The position numbers were made by a program, and so were the translations under genes. Under the pieces are notes generated by a model, which was not told the DNA's origin, did not search any database, and worked only from the letters and a program-made list of their open reading frames with translations. From contig CP051526.1 of assembly GCA_050916045.1 (NCBI GenBank), positions 3,264,001 to 3,328,000 of the forward strand: a stretch of 64,000 nt of DNA. The letters are read 5' to 3'. The stretch comes from Tepidisphaera sp. Lineage in GTDB: Bacteria > Planctomycetota > Phycisphaerae > Phycisphaerales > UBA1924. Shown here piece after piece: positions 30,006 through 39,655 of the stretch. The first letter of the stretch is position 1; each line of letters starts with the position of its first letter.

Positions 30006-31685
30006 ATGCCGAAGAACACGCCGCTGGTTTTGATCATCCGGGACGGTTGGGGCGAGAATCCCAACCCATCGCACGACGCTTTCAACGCGGCGAAGATCGC
30101 TTCGGACCGGGGCCTGACGCCGACGGACGCGATGCTCCGGCGGGAATGGCCCAAGACGCTGATCAAGACGAGCGGAGTGGACGTCGGCCTGCCGGCTGGC
30201 ACGATGGGGAACAGCGAGGTGGGCCACCAGAACATCGGTGCCGGCCGCGTGGTGCCCCAGGAGTCGCTGGTCATGACCTCGGCGTGCGAAGCCGGGCTTG
30301 AAGCCAACCAGGCGATCCGGGAAGCGATCGAACGGGCGAAGGTGAAGGGTGGCTCGCTCCACCTTTTCGGGATCAGTTCCGACGCGGGGGTGCACGGGCT
30401 GCTCGAGCACCTGTACGCGATCCTGGTGGCTTGCAAGACCCTCGGCCTGACCCACCGCGTCTACCTGCACATGTTCACCGACGGTCGGGACACCGGGCCG
30501 TACACCGGGCTCGGGTTCACCAAGCAGGTCGAAGCCAAGTGCGCCCAGATCGGCGTGGGACGGATCGCGACCGTCGCCGGCCGGTATTACGCGATGGACC
30601 GCGACCACCGGTGGGAACGCGTCAAGCAGGCGTACGACTGCTTGACTGCCGGCACGGCGCGGACAGCTGCAAGCGCGGCCGAAGCGATCCAGGCGTATTA
30701 CGACGCGCCCTCGGGCGACACGCTCAAGGGCGACGAGTTCGTGATCCCCACGGCGATCGGAGTTTCGCCGCAGGACATCGCGGATTCCCGCGTGAAAGCC
30801 GGGGACTCGGTGATTTTCTACAACTACCGCGGAGACCGGCCCCGCGAGCTTTCCGCCGCGTTCTGCTTCCCCGACGAGGAGTGGGCGAAGGTCAAGCCAA
30901 GCCCGGACACCGGCCGCGCCGGTTTTGACCGCGGCAAGCGGCTGGACCTCCACTACGTCATCATGACCGAATACTGGGACAAGCTGGTCCCGTTCGTGCA
31001 GGGTGTGGCGTTCCCCAAGCCGCCGAAGATGAAGCACATCGGCGGGGAGATCATCTCGCTCCAGGGCTTGCGGCAGCTCCGCTGCGCCGAAACCGAGAAG
31101 TACCCGCACGTCACGTTCTTCTTCAACGACTACCGCGAGGAGCCGTTCCCGGGCGAGAGCCGCGAGAACCCGGCCAGCCCGAAGGTGGCGACGTACGACC
31201 TCAAGCCGGAGATGTCCGCGGAAGAGATCGCGACCGTCGTGCTCCGCAGGCTGGGCTCGCCGGACCGCGAGAGCGTGCTCATCGTCAACTTCGCCAACCC
31301 CGACATGGTCGGGCACACGGGCAACCTGGAAGCCGCGATCGCGGCCTGCGCGACGGTCGACGCGTGCGTGGGCCGGTTGATCGACGCGACCCTCAGGCTG
31401 GGCGGATCGCTGATCGTGACGGCCGACCACGGCAACTGCGAGCAGATGTTCGACCCGGAAACCGGCTCGCCGCACACGGCCCACACGGTCTACGACGTCC
31501 CGCTTTTCGTGGTGGGCGAAGCGTTCCGCGGCGCGAAGCTGCGCGGGGATTTTGACGCTTCGGGCTGGTTCAGGCCCGAGACGCGGGCCAAACGCGGACG
31601 CCTGGCGGACATTCTTCCCACGGCGCTGGCGATGATGGGGATCGACAAGCCGCCGGCGATGACGGGCGAGAGTCTGCTCACGTAA
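30006..31685 (+). CDS. gpmI: 2,3-bisphosphoglycerate-independent phosphoglycerate mutase
   Basis: DGWG, MGNSEVGH, DGRDT, GRYYAMDRD, ETEKYPHVT, NPDMVGHTG, TADHGN. Confidence 0.96.
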   Translation: MPKNTPLVLIIRDGWGENPNPSHDAFNAAKIASDRGLTPTDAMLRREWPKTLIKTSGVDVGLPAGTMGNSEVGHQNIGAGRVVPQESLVMTSACEAGLEANQAIREAIERAKVKGGSLHLFGISSDAGVHGLLEHLYAILVACKTLGLTHRVYLHMFTDGRDTGPYTGLGFTKQVEAKCAQIGVGRIATVAGRYYAMDRDHRWERVKQAYDCLTAGTARTAASAAEAIQAYYDAPSGDTLKGDEFVIPTAIGVSPQDIADSRVKAGDSVIFYNYRGDRPRELSAAFCFPDEEWAKVKPSPDTGRAGFDRGKRLDLHYVIMTEYWDKLVPFVQGVAFPKPPKMKHIGGEIISLQGLRQLRCAETEKYPHVTFFFNDYREEPFPGESRENPASPKVATYDLKPEMSAEEIATVVLRRLGSPDRESVLIVNFANPDMVGHTGNLEAAIAACATVDACVGRLIDATLRLGGSLIVTADHGNCEQMFDPETGSPHTAHTVYDVPLFVVGEAFRGAKLRGDFDASGWFRPETRAKRGRLADILPTALAMMGIDKPPAMTGESLLT

Positions 31686-31689
31686 TCAC

Positions 31690-32238
31690 GTGCAAGGAAG
31701 GAGCCGCGCGTTGGACGAAGGTACCGAGAGTTTTCCCGGCTCACGCAGCGGATTCGACGAGATCCGTCGCGCGGTGATGTCGCGTCTGCGGGATCACGGG
31801 TTTCGAACCACGGGCGGCGTCGCTCGACTGATCGAGAACGGCAACTCGGGCGTGATCGAGTTCCAGAAGAGCGGCCGATCCACGGCGGAAGCCAAGACGT
31901 TCACGATCAACGTGGGGATCGCGCTCGGAGCCCTGATCGCTCGAACGACGAAGAAGCCCATCTCGCACTGCTCGGTGGCGGAGTGTCACGCGTATCTTCG
32001 GCTCGGCGAGCTTCGCGAGCCCGCCTCGGACCTTTGGTGGACGGTGACCGGGAATGAGATCGACCACGCGGTCCTCGCCGATGTGCTGGACCGGGTGGAA
32101 CGGGATGCGCTCCCGCTGATCCGCCGGGCGATCGGGGAGGGAGCGCTCGCGTCGATGTGGCGAGCGGGGGAGAGCGTGGGAACGAATGCCGGTCGGCGGG
32201 TGCAGTATCTGCGCTGGCTGGACGCGGAAGGCGCGTAA
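31690..32238 (+). CDS. DUF4304-like protein
   Basis: L..HGF, VIEFQKS, FTINVG, RLG..D.WW pattern; start uncertain. Confidence 0.6.
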   Translation: MQGRSRALDEGTESFPGSRSGFDEIRRAVMSRLRDHGFRTTGGVARLIENGNSGVIEFQKSGRSTAEAKTFTINVGIALGALIARTTKKPISHCSVAECHAYLRLGELREPASDLWWTVTGNEIDHAVLADVLDRVERDALPLIRRAIGEGALASMWRAGESVGTNAGRRVQYLRWLDAEGA

Positions 32239-32298
32239 CGCGCCGCCGATCGAAATGGTCGGCGGACCCTTGTCCTGCCCGAGGTCCGACCCGAGTTC

Positions 32299-32682
32299 CT
32301 ACTTGGTGGGGTACTGCTTGTCGTAGTCGGCTTGGTTCATGAGACCGGCGAGGCCGGCTTGATCGCTGACCTTGACCTTGACGAGCCAGCCCTTGCCGTA
32401 GGGGTCGGAGTTGATGAGGCTGGGGTCGTCGGAGAGGGCGGCGTTGGTGTCGACGATCTCGCCGGCGGCGGCGGAGTAGACGTCGGAGGTGGTTTTCACG
32501 CTCTCGACCTCGCCGATGGTGTCGCCGGCTTTGAGCTTGGTGCCCTTTTTCTTGAGTTCGACGTAGGTGACGTCGGTGAGGGCGTCGACGGCGAAGCGGG
32601 TGATGCCGACGGTGAGGGTGTCACCTTCGAGCTTGTGCCATTCGTGCGAGGAGGAGTACTGACGGTCGGCGGGGCTTGGCAT
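32299..32682 (-). CDS. gcvH: Glycine cleavage system H protein
   Basis: HEW, GIT.FA, ESVKTTSD lipoyl-Lys, NSDPYGKGW. Confidence 0.95.
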   Translation of the reverse strand: MPSPADRQYSSSHEWHKLEGDTLTVGITRFAVDALTDVTYVELKKKGTKLKAGDTIGEVESVKTTSDVYSAAAGEIVDTNAALSDDPSLINSDPYGKGWLVKVKVSDQAGLAGLMNQADYDKQYPTK

Positions 32683-32860
32683 GGGTCGTCCTTCGTGGAG
32701 CCCGGCGTGGTCACGCCGAGGGGCGAGATGCTAGCGGATTTTCGGGAGGCTGCAAGTGTTCCGGGGGGAGGGTCGTCGGCGGGCCGATCCCCGTTTTTGG
32801 AGGATTTTCGGACGAGGGGGCAAAAATGGTTGTGCGAACAGATGAGTCTTCGGGTAGGAT

Positions 32861-32925
32861 ACGACCCTTTCCGCGGTCTCCCCTCCGGACGGCCGGTGCC
32901 TTCGGGCCCGGCCGTCTCTTTTTTT
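32861..32925 (+). ncRNA. Candidate small RNA or leader with anti-SD tract and intrinsic terminator
   Basis: TAGGAT -10 at 32855-32860; CGGTCTCCCCTCC at 32874-32886; UUCG-capped hairpin 32888-32916 then T7; no + strand gene immediately upstream. Confidence 0.45.
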
Positions 32926-32984
32926 CGCGCGGTTTTGCCGGGCCGTGCGGGAAAGGTCTGGTTTGGCTACAGTCCGGCCGCCTG

Positions 32985-34079
32985 ATGCTTCTCACACTCT
33001 CCGCAACCTGTCTTCGTTCGATGCTCAAACCCGCCAGCAAGGGAGCCAAACCGGCTCTCGCGCTGACCGACCTGCCCAACTACACCCGCGAGGTGCTGGG
33101 GCTTCGGGGATTGAGCCTCTCCACCGACCTGCTCGTGGGGGCGGATCGGAAGATGCTCGACACGCTCCGGGAACGGGGCGACAAAGCAGGTTGCGCATGC
33201 CTGACGCTGGTCGAGCCGCCGCCGCTCAAGATCAACGCGGCGAGCGAAACCGCCGCGGCGGCGATCATCGACCGGATGTCTCGGGTGGTGCAGGCCGCTC
33301 AGATCCTGGGGTGCAGCTCGGCCGCATTCCATGTAGAGGGCGTGACCACCGAGAAGGATCGGGAGGTCGCGGCGGGCCGGCTGAAGCAGATCGTGCAGCG
33401 CGGCGAAAAGCTCGATGTGAACATCCTCCTCGGGCCCGCGCCCGGGACGCCGATCGAGCCGGACATGCTGACCGACGTGCTCAAGCGCGTGGGCGGGTTC
33501 CGGGTCGGAACGTTCCCCGACTTTGAGAGCGCGAGCAAAGCCAAGGACCCGATGACCTACCTCCGCCGGTTGAGCCCGTACGCCTCCGCGGTGTGCGCGG
33601 CGACGCTGGCGTTCGAAGCCGGGGCGGTGCAGCCCCCGGCGCCCAAGGCTCCGAGCAAGCAGGCGGCCGCTTCGGCGCTCGCCCGGCTTGCGCAGGCCCT
33701 CGCCGAGATCGACGAAGCCGAGCCGCCCGCGCCCCCCAAGGGCAAGAAGGGCAAAGCCGCTGCGGCCCCCGTGCCCACGCCGATCAAGCCCCCGCCCGAG
33801 CCCAAAGCCGAGGAAGAGGACGAACTGGATGAGGAACTCGACGGCGAGGACCTGATGCTGAGCGAGGAAGGCGACGAGGGGGATGAGGAACCGGAACCCG
33901 AGCTGCTTCCCAACCACGTCGGATACGACCTGGTGGCAATGGTGGCGGCGGTGGCTTCGGTCGGGTACGACGGAGCGCTTCTGGTCGACTACCGGGGCGC
34001 GGGAGATGTTACAATCGGGGTGCAGACCAGCAGGAAGGTTCTCCAGGCGGCACTCGACGCTGCCCGGAACGCTTCCTGA
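32985..34079 (+). CDS. Xylose-isomerase-like TIM barrel protein with Pro-rich/acidic insertion
   Basis: AP_endonuc_2-like layout (A..LGC, VGTFPDF, GYDGALLVDY); ~95-aa low-complexity insert. Confidence 0.65.
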   Translation: MLLTLSATCLRSMLKPASKGAKPALALTDLPNYTREVLGLRGLSLSTDLLVGADRKMLDTLRERGDKAGCACLTLVEPPPLKINAASETAAAAIIDRMSRVVQAAQILGCSSAAFHVEGVTTEKDREVAAGRLKQIVQRGEKLDVNILLGPAPGTPIEPDMLTDVLKRVGGFRVGTFPDFESASKAKDPMTYLRRLSPYASAVCAATLAFEAGAVQPPAPKAPSKQAAASALARLAQALAEIDEAEPPAPPKGKKGKAAAAPVPTPIKPPPEPKAEEEDELDEELDGEDLMLSEEGDEGDEEPEPELLPNHVGYDLVAMVAAVASVGYDGALLVDYRGAGDVTIGVQTSRKVLQAALDAARNAS

Positions 34080-34100
34080 GCCTGAACCCGGAGGTGAAGG

Positions 34101-34874
34101 ATGACCTCTGTCGCCGAACTGCTGGCATCCTTGTCGCCCGCTCAGCCTGTTGTCATCGACGCCATGCGATCCCTGAAGCAATACCTCGCGGGCCGACCGG
34201 TGATCATCACGATCGACGGTCCCGCCGCGGTCGGGAAGGGAACGGTCTCCAAGCTTCTGGCGCGGCGCGGCGGGCTTCAGATTCTGGACACGGGCAAGAT
34301 GTACCGGGCCGTCGCGCTGGCGGCGCTGGACGCGGGCGTGCCCCACACGGATCCGGCCGGGCTGGTGGATCTGATCAAACGGGCGCGGATCTGTTTTGAC
34401 TGGGACGATGAGCCGCCGACGATTTTCGCGTTCGAGCAGGCCCAGGGGCACAGGCTTGGCACTTCCGCGGTCGAGGAAGTCGTCTCAAAGTACGCGGGCG
34501 TGCCGGAGGTGCGGAAGGCGCTCATCGAAGATCAGCGCCGGCTCGCGAAGGAGCACCCGCGGCTTGTCTGCGACGGCCGCGACCAGGGTTCGGTCGTCTT
34601 TCCCGACGCCAGCGTGAAGTTCTTCCTGACCGCCCCCGCCGAGGTGCGTGCGGCGCGGCACGCGATGCGCCACGGCAAGAGCGAAATGCCCGCCGAAGAG
34701 CTCGCCGCGCTCGCACAGAAAATCCGCGAACGCGACGAAACCGATATCCGCAACGGAGCGCTCGTCAAGCCCGACCGCGCCGTCGAGCTCAACACCTCCG
34801 GGCTGACGGTCGAACAGACTGTCGACGCGATGGAAGCCGCGATCTACGACGCGATGGGGCCCGCTTCCGCATGA
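34101..34874 (+). CDS. cmk: Cytidylate kinase
   Basis: ITIDGPAAVGKGT, LDTGKMYRA, DGRDQGSVVFPDA. Confidence 0.92.
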   Translation: MTSVAELLASLSPAQPVVIDAMRSLKQYLAGRPVIITIDGPAAVGKGTVSKLLARRGGLQILDTGKMYRAVALAALDAGVPHTDPAGLVDLIKRARICFDWDDEPPTIFAFEQAQGHRLGTSAVEEVVSKYAGVPEVRKALIEDQRRLAKEHPRLVCDGRDQGSVVFPDASVKFFLTAPAEVRAARHAMRHGKSEMPAEELAALAQKIRERDETDIRNGALVKPDRAVELNTSGLTVEQTVDAMEAAIYDAMGPASA

Positions 34875-35524
34875 CGGCGATCCGATGCGTCTGCTTTGAC
34901 TGGGGCGGCGTGATCCTGCGGATCTGCCGCAGTTTCGGCGAGGGCTGCCGCGCCGCCGGCATCGACCTGCGCGGCGACCACGGTGAGAAGCCCTTCGCCA
35001 ACGAACGCAAAGGGCACTCCGAAGCCTACCAGCTCGGCCAGCTCCGCGATGAGGACTACTTCGCGAACATCGCCGAAGCCATGGGCGGGCTCTACACCGC
35101 CGAAGAGATCGAGCGCGTGCACCACGCCTGGCTTGTCGAGGAATATCCTGGCGTTCGCGAGCTCATCGAGCGACTGAACAACACTCCGGGCATCGCGACG
35201 GCGCTGCTTTCCAACACGAACGCGGCTCACTGGCGGCGGCAGTTCCCGCTGCAAACGGGCAACCTTCGCCGGTTCGAAGCGGCCAGCCTCCTCCACCACC
35301 GCCACGCCAGCCACCTTCTGGGCCTGGCCAAGCCTCACCCGTCGATCTACCGCGCGTTCGAAGCGCACACCGGATTCCGCCCCGCCGAGATCCTCTTCTT
35401 CGACGACCTTCCCGACAACATCCAAGCCGCGCGGAACTGCGGCTGGCAAGCGGAGCAGATCGACCACACCGGCGACACGGCCGCGCAGATGGCTCACCAT
35501 CTCAAAGCCCACCGCGTGCTCTAA
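34871..35524 (+). CDS. HAD family phosphatase (YihX-like)
   Basis: FDWGGV, LSNTN, KP, FFDD. Confidence 0.88.
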   Translation: MTAIRCVCFDWGGVILRICRSFGEGCRAAGIDLRGDHGEKPFANERKGHSEAYQLGQLRDEDYFANIAEAMGGLYTAEEIERVHHAWLVEEYPGVRELIERLNNTPGIATALLSNTNAAHWRRQFPLQTGNLRRFEAASLLHHRHASHLLGLAKPHPSIYRAFEAHTGFRPAEILFFDDLPDNIQAARNCGWQAEQIDHTGDTAAQMAHHLKAHRVL

Positions 35525-35529
35525 TCGCT

Positions 35530-36534
35530 TTACCAGCGCCCGCATCCGCGGATCTCGAGGCTCTTGCGCTCGAGCGCCAGAATGTCCGCGACCATCGCCG
35601 CATCCTCAAGTGACGCCCGCGGGGCTTCCGCTCCGGCAAGCACCGCGAGGAAATGACGCACCTCGACCTCGTACGGACCGGTCGTTCCGACATCGACCGG
35701 GTTGGACCCGTTCTCGTCGCTGAGCGTCACGGTGTTCGGAGCTTTGGAAAGGTCGAACTCAACGGTCGCCCGCTCGAAGTTCGCGAGGTATCGCATGCGG
35801 AACCCGAAGGACGGATGCTGGGCCCAGCCGCCGGTCGCGACCACCGACGGGCCGGCGGGCCCCCCGACGCGGTAGATCGTCGTCACGTGGTTCGACGAGC
35901 CGGAGGATGCGAGCGAATCGGGCTTGCCGAAGCACCAGTAGACAAAGTCCGCGTCGTGGATGTGCAGATCGACCATCGCACCGCCGGACCGCTTGTCGTC
36001 CGCGTAGAACGCCGCGTTCCACGTCGGCCGGCTCCCGATGCGTTCGAGCGTCAGCGTGCGGAGCGGGCCAAACCGCTGATCGCGGATCCGGTCGCGAAGC
36101 CAGGGCCACCCGGGCCAGAACCGCATCACCATCGCCGGGATGCAGTGCTTGCCCGACGCCTTCGCCGCCTGATCAAGCTTGCGGATGTCCGCCGCGGCGA
36201 GAGCGACCGGCTTTTCAACCAGGACGTGCATGCCGCGAGCGAGAGCACCCTCGGCGACCGCGACGTGCGTGTCGGTGGGTGTGCAGATGCTGACGGCGTC
36301 GACCCCGGCGTGGGCGAAAAACTCGGCTTCGTCGTGGAAGATCCGAACGCCCGAGAGGTCCAGCGGGGTGGTGTTCATGCCCAGGTTGCCGGCGGCGCCG
36401 CCACCGCCGGTCGGGTCGAGGGCCGCGACGACGTTCGCGCCCGCCGCGCGGTACGAGGTCAGGTGCGTCCGCCCCATGTTGCCCAGGCCGATGATGCCGA
36501 TGCGTGGATGGCTGATGCCGGAGGATTGGGTCAT
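35530..36534 (-). CDS. Gfo/Idh/MocA oxidoreductase
   Basis: IGLGNMG, VEKP, SGGAMVDLHIHD. Confidence 0.9.
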   Translation of the reverse strand: MTQSSGISHPRIGIIGLGNMGRTHLTSYRAAGANVVAALDPTGGGGAAGNLGMNTTPLDLSGVRIFHDEAEFFAHAGVDAVSICTPTDTHVAVAEGALARGMHVLVEKPVALAAADIRKLDQAAKASGKHCIPAMVMRFWPGWPWLRDRIRDQRFGPLRTLTLERIGSRPTWNAAFYADDKRSGGAMVDLHIHDADFVYWCFGKPDSLASSGSSNHVTTIYRVGGPAGPSVVATGGWAQHPSFGFRMRYLANFERATVEFDLSKAPNTVTLSDENGSNPVDVGTTGPYEVEVRHFLAVLAGAEAPRASLEDAAMVADILALERKSLEIRGCGRW

Positions 36535-36548
36535 GCCGGACTGTTCCT

Positions 36549-37388
36549 TCAGAATTTCCAGTGTTTCTCGATCAGATCGCGTGCGACACGGACATCCGCG
36601 ACGCGGTCATCGCCGGCTTCGCGCTCGATGACGAAGTCGCCCGCGTACCCGTGATCCCTGAGCACGCCGAAGAACGCTTGCCAGTCGACCTTGCCCTGGC
36701 CCGCGATCTTCTCGGTCCCCCACTCGCCTCGCTTGGTCGTCGGGTCCGCGTCCTTGATGTGCACCTGCATCACGTGGGGCATCAGCCGCTTGAGCGAAGC
36801 CACCGGATCGCCCATCCCGTACAGGATCATGTTCGCGGGGTCAAAGTTCACGCCGACCAGCGCCCGTCCGGGCAACCCCTGATTCACCTCGGCGAGCACG
36901 GTCTCGAGCGTCGCCGCGTCCTCCTGCCCCGTCTCGAGCGCCACACGCACATTCCGCGCGGCCATGATCTCGGCGATGTGCCGAAGCCGCTGAACCATCG
37001 CCGCCCGGCCGGGGTCTCGCGCATCGTGCGGGATGAAGCCCGCGTGGAACGTAACCAGAGGGATCGCGAACCTTGCGGCCATGATCGCGACGCCGTCCGC
37101 GGCTTTCTGATTCGCTTCCCAGGTCTCATCCGGGCGAACGCCCCCGGTGGCTTTGATCGTCTCGAGGGTCGAGTAGTCCTCGCCCTTGGGCGCGAACATG
37201 CCGGAGACAGCCATCAGACCGTGGGCCCGGAACAGGCTCCCAACCGCGTCGGGCCGCCACTGCCACTGACGGATGGGGTCGAGCCAAAGCTGCACCGCGG
37301 AGATGCCGCAGGAACGGCAAAGCTCCAGGAGCGACTCGGGCGAAGACGGCTTGAGCGACCATGAACAGACGGCGATCCGCGGCATCAC
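36549..37388 (-). CDS. Sugar phosphate isomerase/epimerase (AP_endonuc_2 TIM barrel)
   Basis: LETGQE, NFDPAN, HIKD, G.G.VDW, IERE metal-site motifs. Confidence 0.88.
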   Translation of the reverse strand: MMPRIAVCSWSLKPSSPESLLELCRSCGISAVQLWLDPIRQWQWRPDAVGSLFRAHGLMAVSGMFAPKGEDYSTLETIKATGGVRPDETWEANQKAADGVAIMAARFAIPLVTFHAGFIPHDARDPGRAAMVQRLRHIAEIMAARNVRVALETGQEDAATLETVLAEVNQGLPGRALVGVNFDPANMILYGMGDPVASLKRLMPHVMQVHIKDADPTTKRGEWGTEKIAGQGKVDWQAFFGVLRDHGYAGDFVIEREAGDDRVADVRVARDLIEKHWKF

Positions 37389-37409
37389 GACTCTCCTTTC
37401 GCCCGCAGC

Positions 37410-39488
37410 TTACTTGCCAAGCGAGCCGTCCGCCATGCTCGGCCGCCAGCGGACAAACCCCTCGATCGCCTGATACTCGGGCAAGCCGAGCTTGTCGTAC
37501 GCGACCGCGGTGTTGCGGTTGCGCTCTTCCGCACGCTGCCAGAACTCGCGAGCATCGTTGGGACCGGGGAACAAGGCTTCGTCCTTCTGGCTTTCGTGCT
37601 TGAAGATCGCGAACCGCTTGCGAGCGACCTCGTCGGGCGAAAGCGGGACCGCCATCTCGATCTCTTCCACGCCCCACTCCTGCCACGCGCCGCGGTAAAG
37701 CCAGACGGTGCAGTCCTTCATCCACGGCCGGTCGGCCAGTCGGTGGAGCGCCGTGGTAATAGCGGCGAGGCAGACTCGGTGCGTGCCGTGCGGGTCGGAG
37801 AGATCGCCCGCCGCGTAGACCTGGTGCGGTTTGACCCGTTCGAGCAGGTCGCACGTGATGCGGATGTCGTCCTCGCCGAGCGGTTTCTTCTTGACGCGGC
37901 CGGTTTCGTAGAACGGCAGGTCCATGAAGTGGATGTTCTCGGGTCGGACGCCGCTGTAGCGTGCGCCGGCGCGGGCTTCGGTGCGGCGGATGAGGCCCTT
38001 GATCTTCTGAAGCTCGGGAGCGTCGAGATCGCCGGGCTTCTTGCCCTTGATGAACGCTTCGATCTTGGCTTCGATCTTCTCGGCGACCTCGCGGCCGACC
38101 TCGGGGAACGCGCGGGCGAACTCGCCGACGAAATCGACGTGACGGAGGGCGTTCTCGTCCCAGACGGCGATGTTGCCGCTGGTCTGGTACGCGACGTGCA
38201 CCTCGTGCCCCTGCTCGCAGAGGCGGATGAAGGTCCCGCCCATGCTGATGACGTCGTCGTCGGGGTGCGGGCTGAAGACGACGACGCGCTTGGTCGGAGC
38301 GCGGGTCTCGACGATGGGCGCGAGGCTGGCTTTCCCTTCGGCTTGCTCGACGACCCCGCCCACGCCGCGCCAGACGGCGGCGCCGGGGCCCTCGATCCGG
38401 ACGGATCCGGCCGAAGCGGACGCGCTGGACGCGGCGGGCTGGCCGCCGGGCACGGGCTTGCCGCCCGGCCAGCCGGTGATCGTCTGCTGGACCGAGCGGA
38501 AGACCTCGATGTTGACGTCGTACGCGCCGCGATGGGCGCCGCGGGCAAGGATGAGCTCCGCCAAGCCGTGCTCGTTGTAATCCTCGTCGGTGAGCTTGAG
38601 GATCGGCTTGCCGACGACGCCCGCGAGCCAGATGACGGCTTTCTTGGTGGTTTTGAGGTCCCAGGCGAGGCCGAACTGCTCGATCGGGCCGAGAAGCCAG
38701 GGCGTCTTGAACCGGGTGAGCTCCGAAGCGGACGCCGGGTCGAGCACGAACGTGCAGTTGCTGTGCTGCTGCAGGTAGGAGGCGGAGATGTGCAGGTTGA
38801 TCTCGCCCTCGACGGCTTTCTTCACGATCGGAGCTTTGTGCTCGCCGTACGCCATGAGGATGACGCGTCGGGCGTCCATGATGGTGCCGACACCCATGGT
38901 GATCGCGGTGCGGGGGACGTTCCACTCGCCGAAGAAGTCGCTCGCGGCGTCCATCCGCGTGACTTTGTCGAGCGTGATAAGGCGGGTTCGGCTGTCGCGC
39001 GGCGAGCCGGGCTCGTTGAAGCCGATGTGGCCGGTGCGCCCGATGCCGAGGATCTGAAGGTCGACGCCGCCGGCGGCTTTGATCTTGGCTTCGTAGTCGG
39101 CGCAGAAAGCGGGGACGGAACCTCGCGGGATGGTGCCGTCGGGGAGGTGGATGTTGGCGGGGTCGATGTCGACGTGGTCGAAGAGGTACTCGCGCATGAA
39201 GCGGCGGTAGCTCTGAAGACTCTCGGGCGACATCGGGTGGTATTCGTCGAGGTTGAACGAGACGACGTTGCGGAACGACAACCCCTCGGCGGTGTGGAGT
39301 CGGACGAGTTCGTCGTAGACGGCCTGCGGGGTGGAGCCCGTGGCGAGTCCGAGCACGGCTTTTTTGCCGGCTTTGGCGCGTTCGCGGATGAGCGAAGCGA
39401 TCTCGGCGGCGACGGCTTTGCTCGCCACACCGCTGGAGGGATAGACAGACACCGGCAACCGTTCCCGCGACCCCGCCTGATCAGTCAT
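37410..39488 (-). CDS. nagB: Glucosamine-6-phosphate deaminase fused to PIG-L deacetylase-like domain
   Basis: LGLATGSTP, FNLDEY, GIGRTGHIGFNEPG; C-terminal SPHPDDD and DPHGTH. Confidence 0.92.
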   Translation of the reverse strand: MTDQAGSRERLPVSVYPSSGVASKAVAAEIASLIRERAKAGKKAVLGLATGSTPQAVYDELVRLHTAEGLSFRNVVSFNLDEYHPMSPESLQSYRRFMREYLFDHVDIDPANIHLPDGTIPRGSVPAFCADYEAKIKAAGGVDLQILGIGRTGHIGFNEPGSPRDSRTRLITLDKVTRMDAASDFFGEWNVPRTAITMGVGTIMDARRVILMAYGEHKAPIVKKAVEGEINLHISASYLQQHSNCTFVLDPASASELTRFKTPWLLGPIEQFGLAWDLKTTKKAVIWLAGVVGKPILKLTDEDYNEHGLAELILARGAHRGAYDVNIEVFRSVQQTITGWPGGKPVPGGQPAASSASASAGSVRIEGPGAAVWRGVGGVVEQAEGKASLAPIVETRAPTKRVVVFSPHPDDDVISMGGTFIRLCEQGHEVHVAYQTSGNIAVWDENALRHVDFVGEFARAFPEVGREVAEKIEAKIEAFIKGKKPGDLDAPELQKIKGLIRRTEARAGARYSGVRPENIHFMDLPFYETGRVKKKPLGEDDIRITCDLLERVKPHQVYAAGDLSDPHGTHRVCLAAITTALHRLADRPWMKDCTVWLYRGAWQEWGVEEIEMAVPLSPDEVARKRFAIFKHESQKDEALFPGPNDAREFWQRAEERNRNTAVAYDKLGLPEYQAIEGFVRWRPSMADGSLGK

Positions 39489-39655
39489 GGACGAATCTCC
39501 TGCCCCGCCCGCCTGAGTCTACCCGCCGGGACTCGAGGCTTTTGACCCGGATGAAGTGGTCGGGATGTCCGATCCGGCGAAGCGACGACACAGCAACGCA
39601 CCCGATTTGAGGATCGGTTCTCACCGGGCGTCGGTTGGAAAGCAGACAAGGGGCG

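Noticed and set aside
27411..31484. 1357-aa ORF as a giant kinase fusion
   Set aside because: The N-terminal ~500 aa are the stop-free antisense frame of gpmI; real kinase sequence begins near 29792-29942
32683..32984. Glycine riboswitch upstream of gcvH
   Set aside because: Conserved aptamer motifs not found; a promoter-like TTGCAG-N16-TAGCAT lies close to the gene
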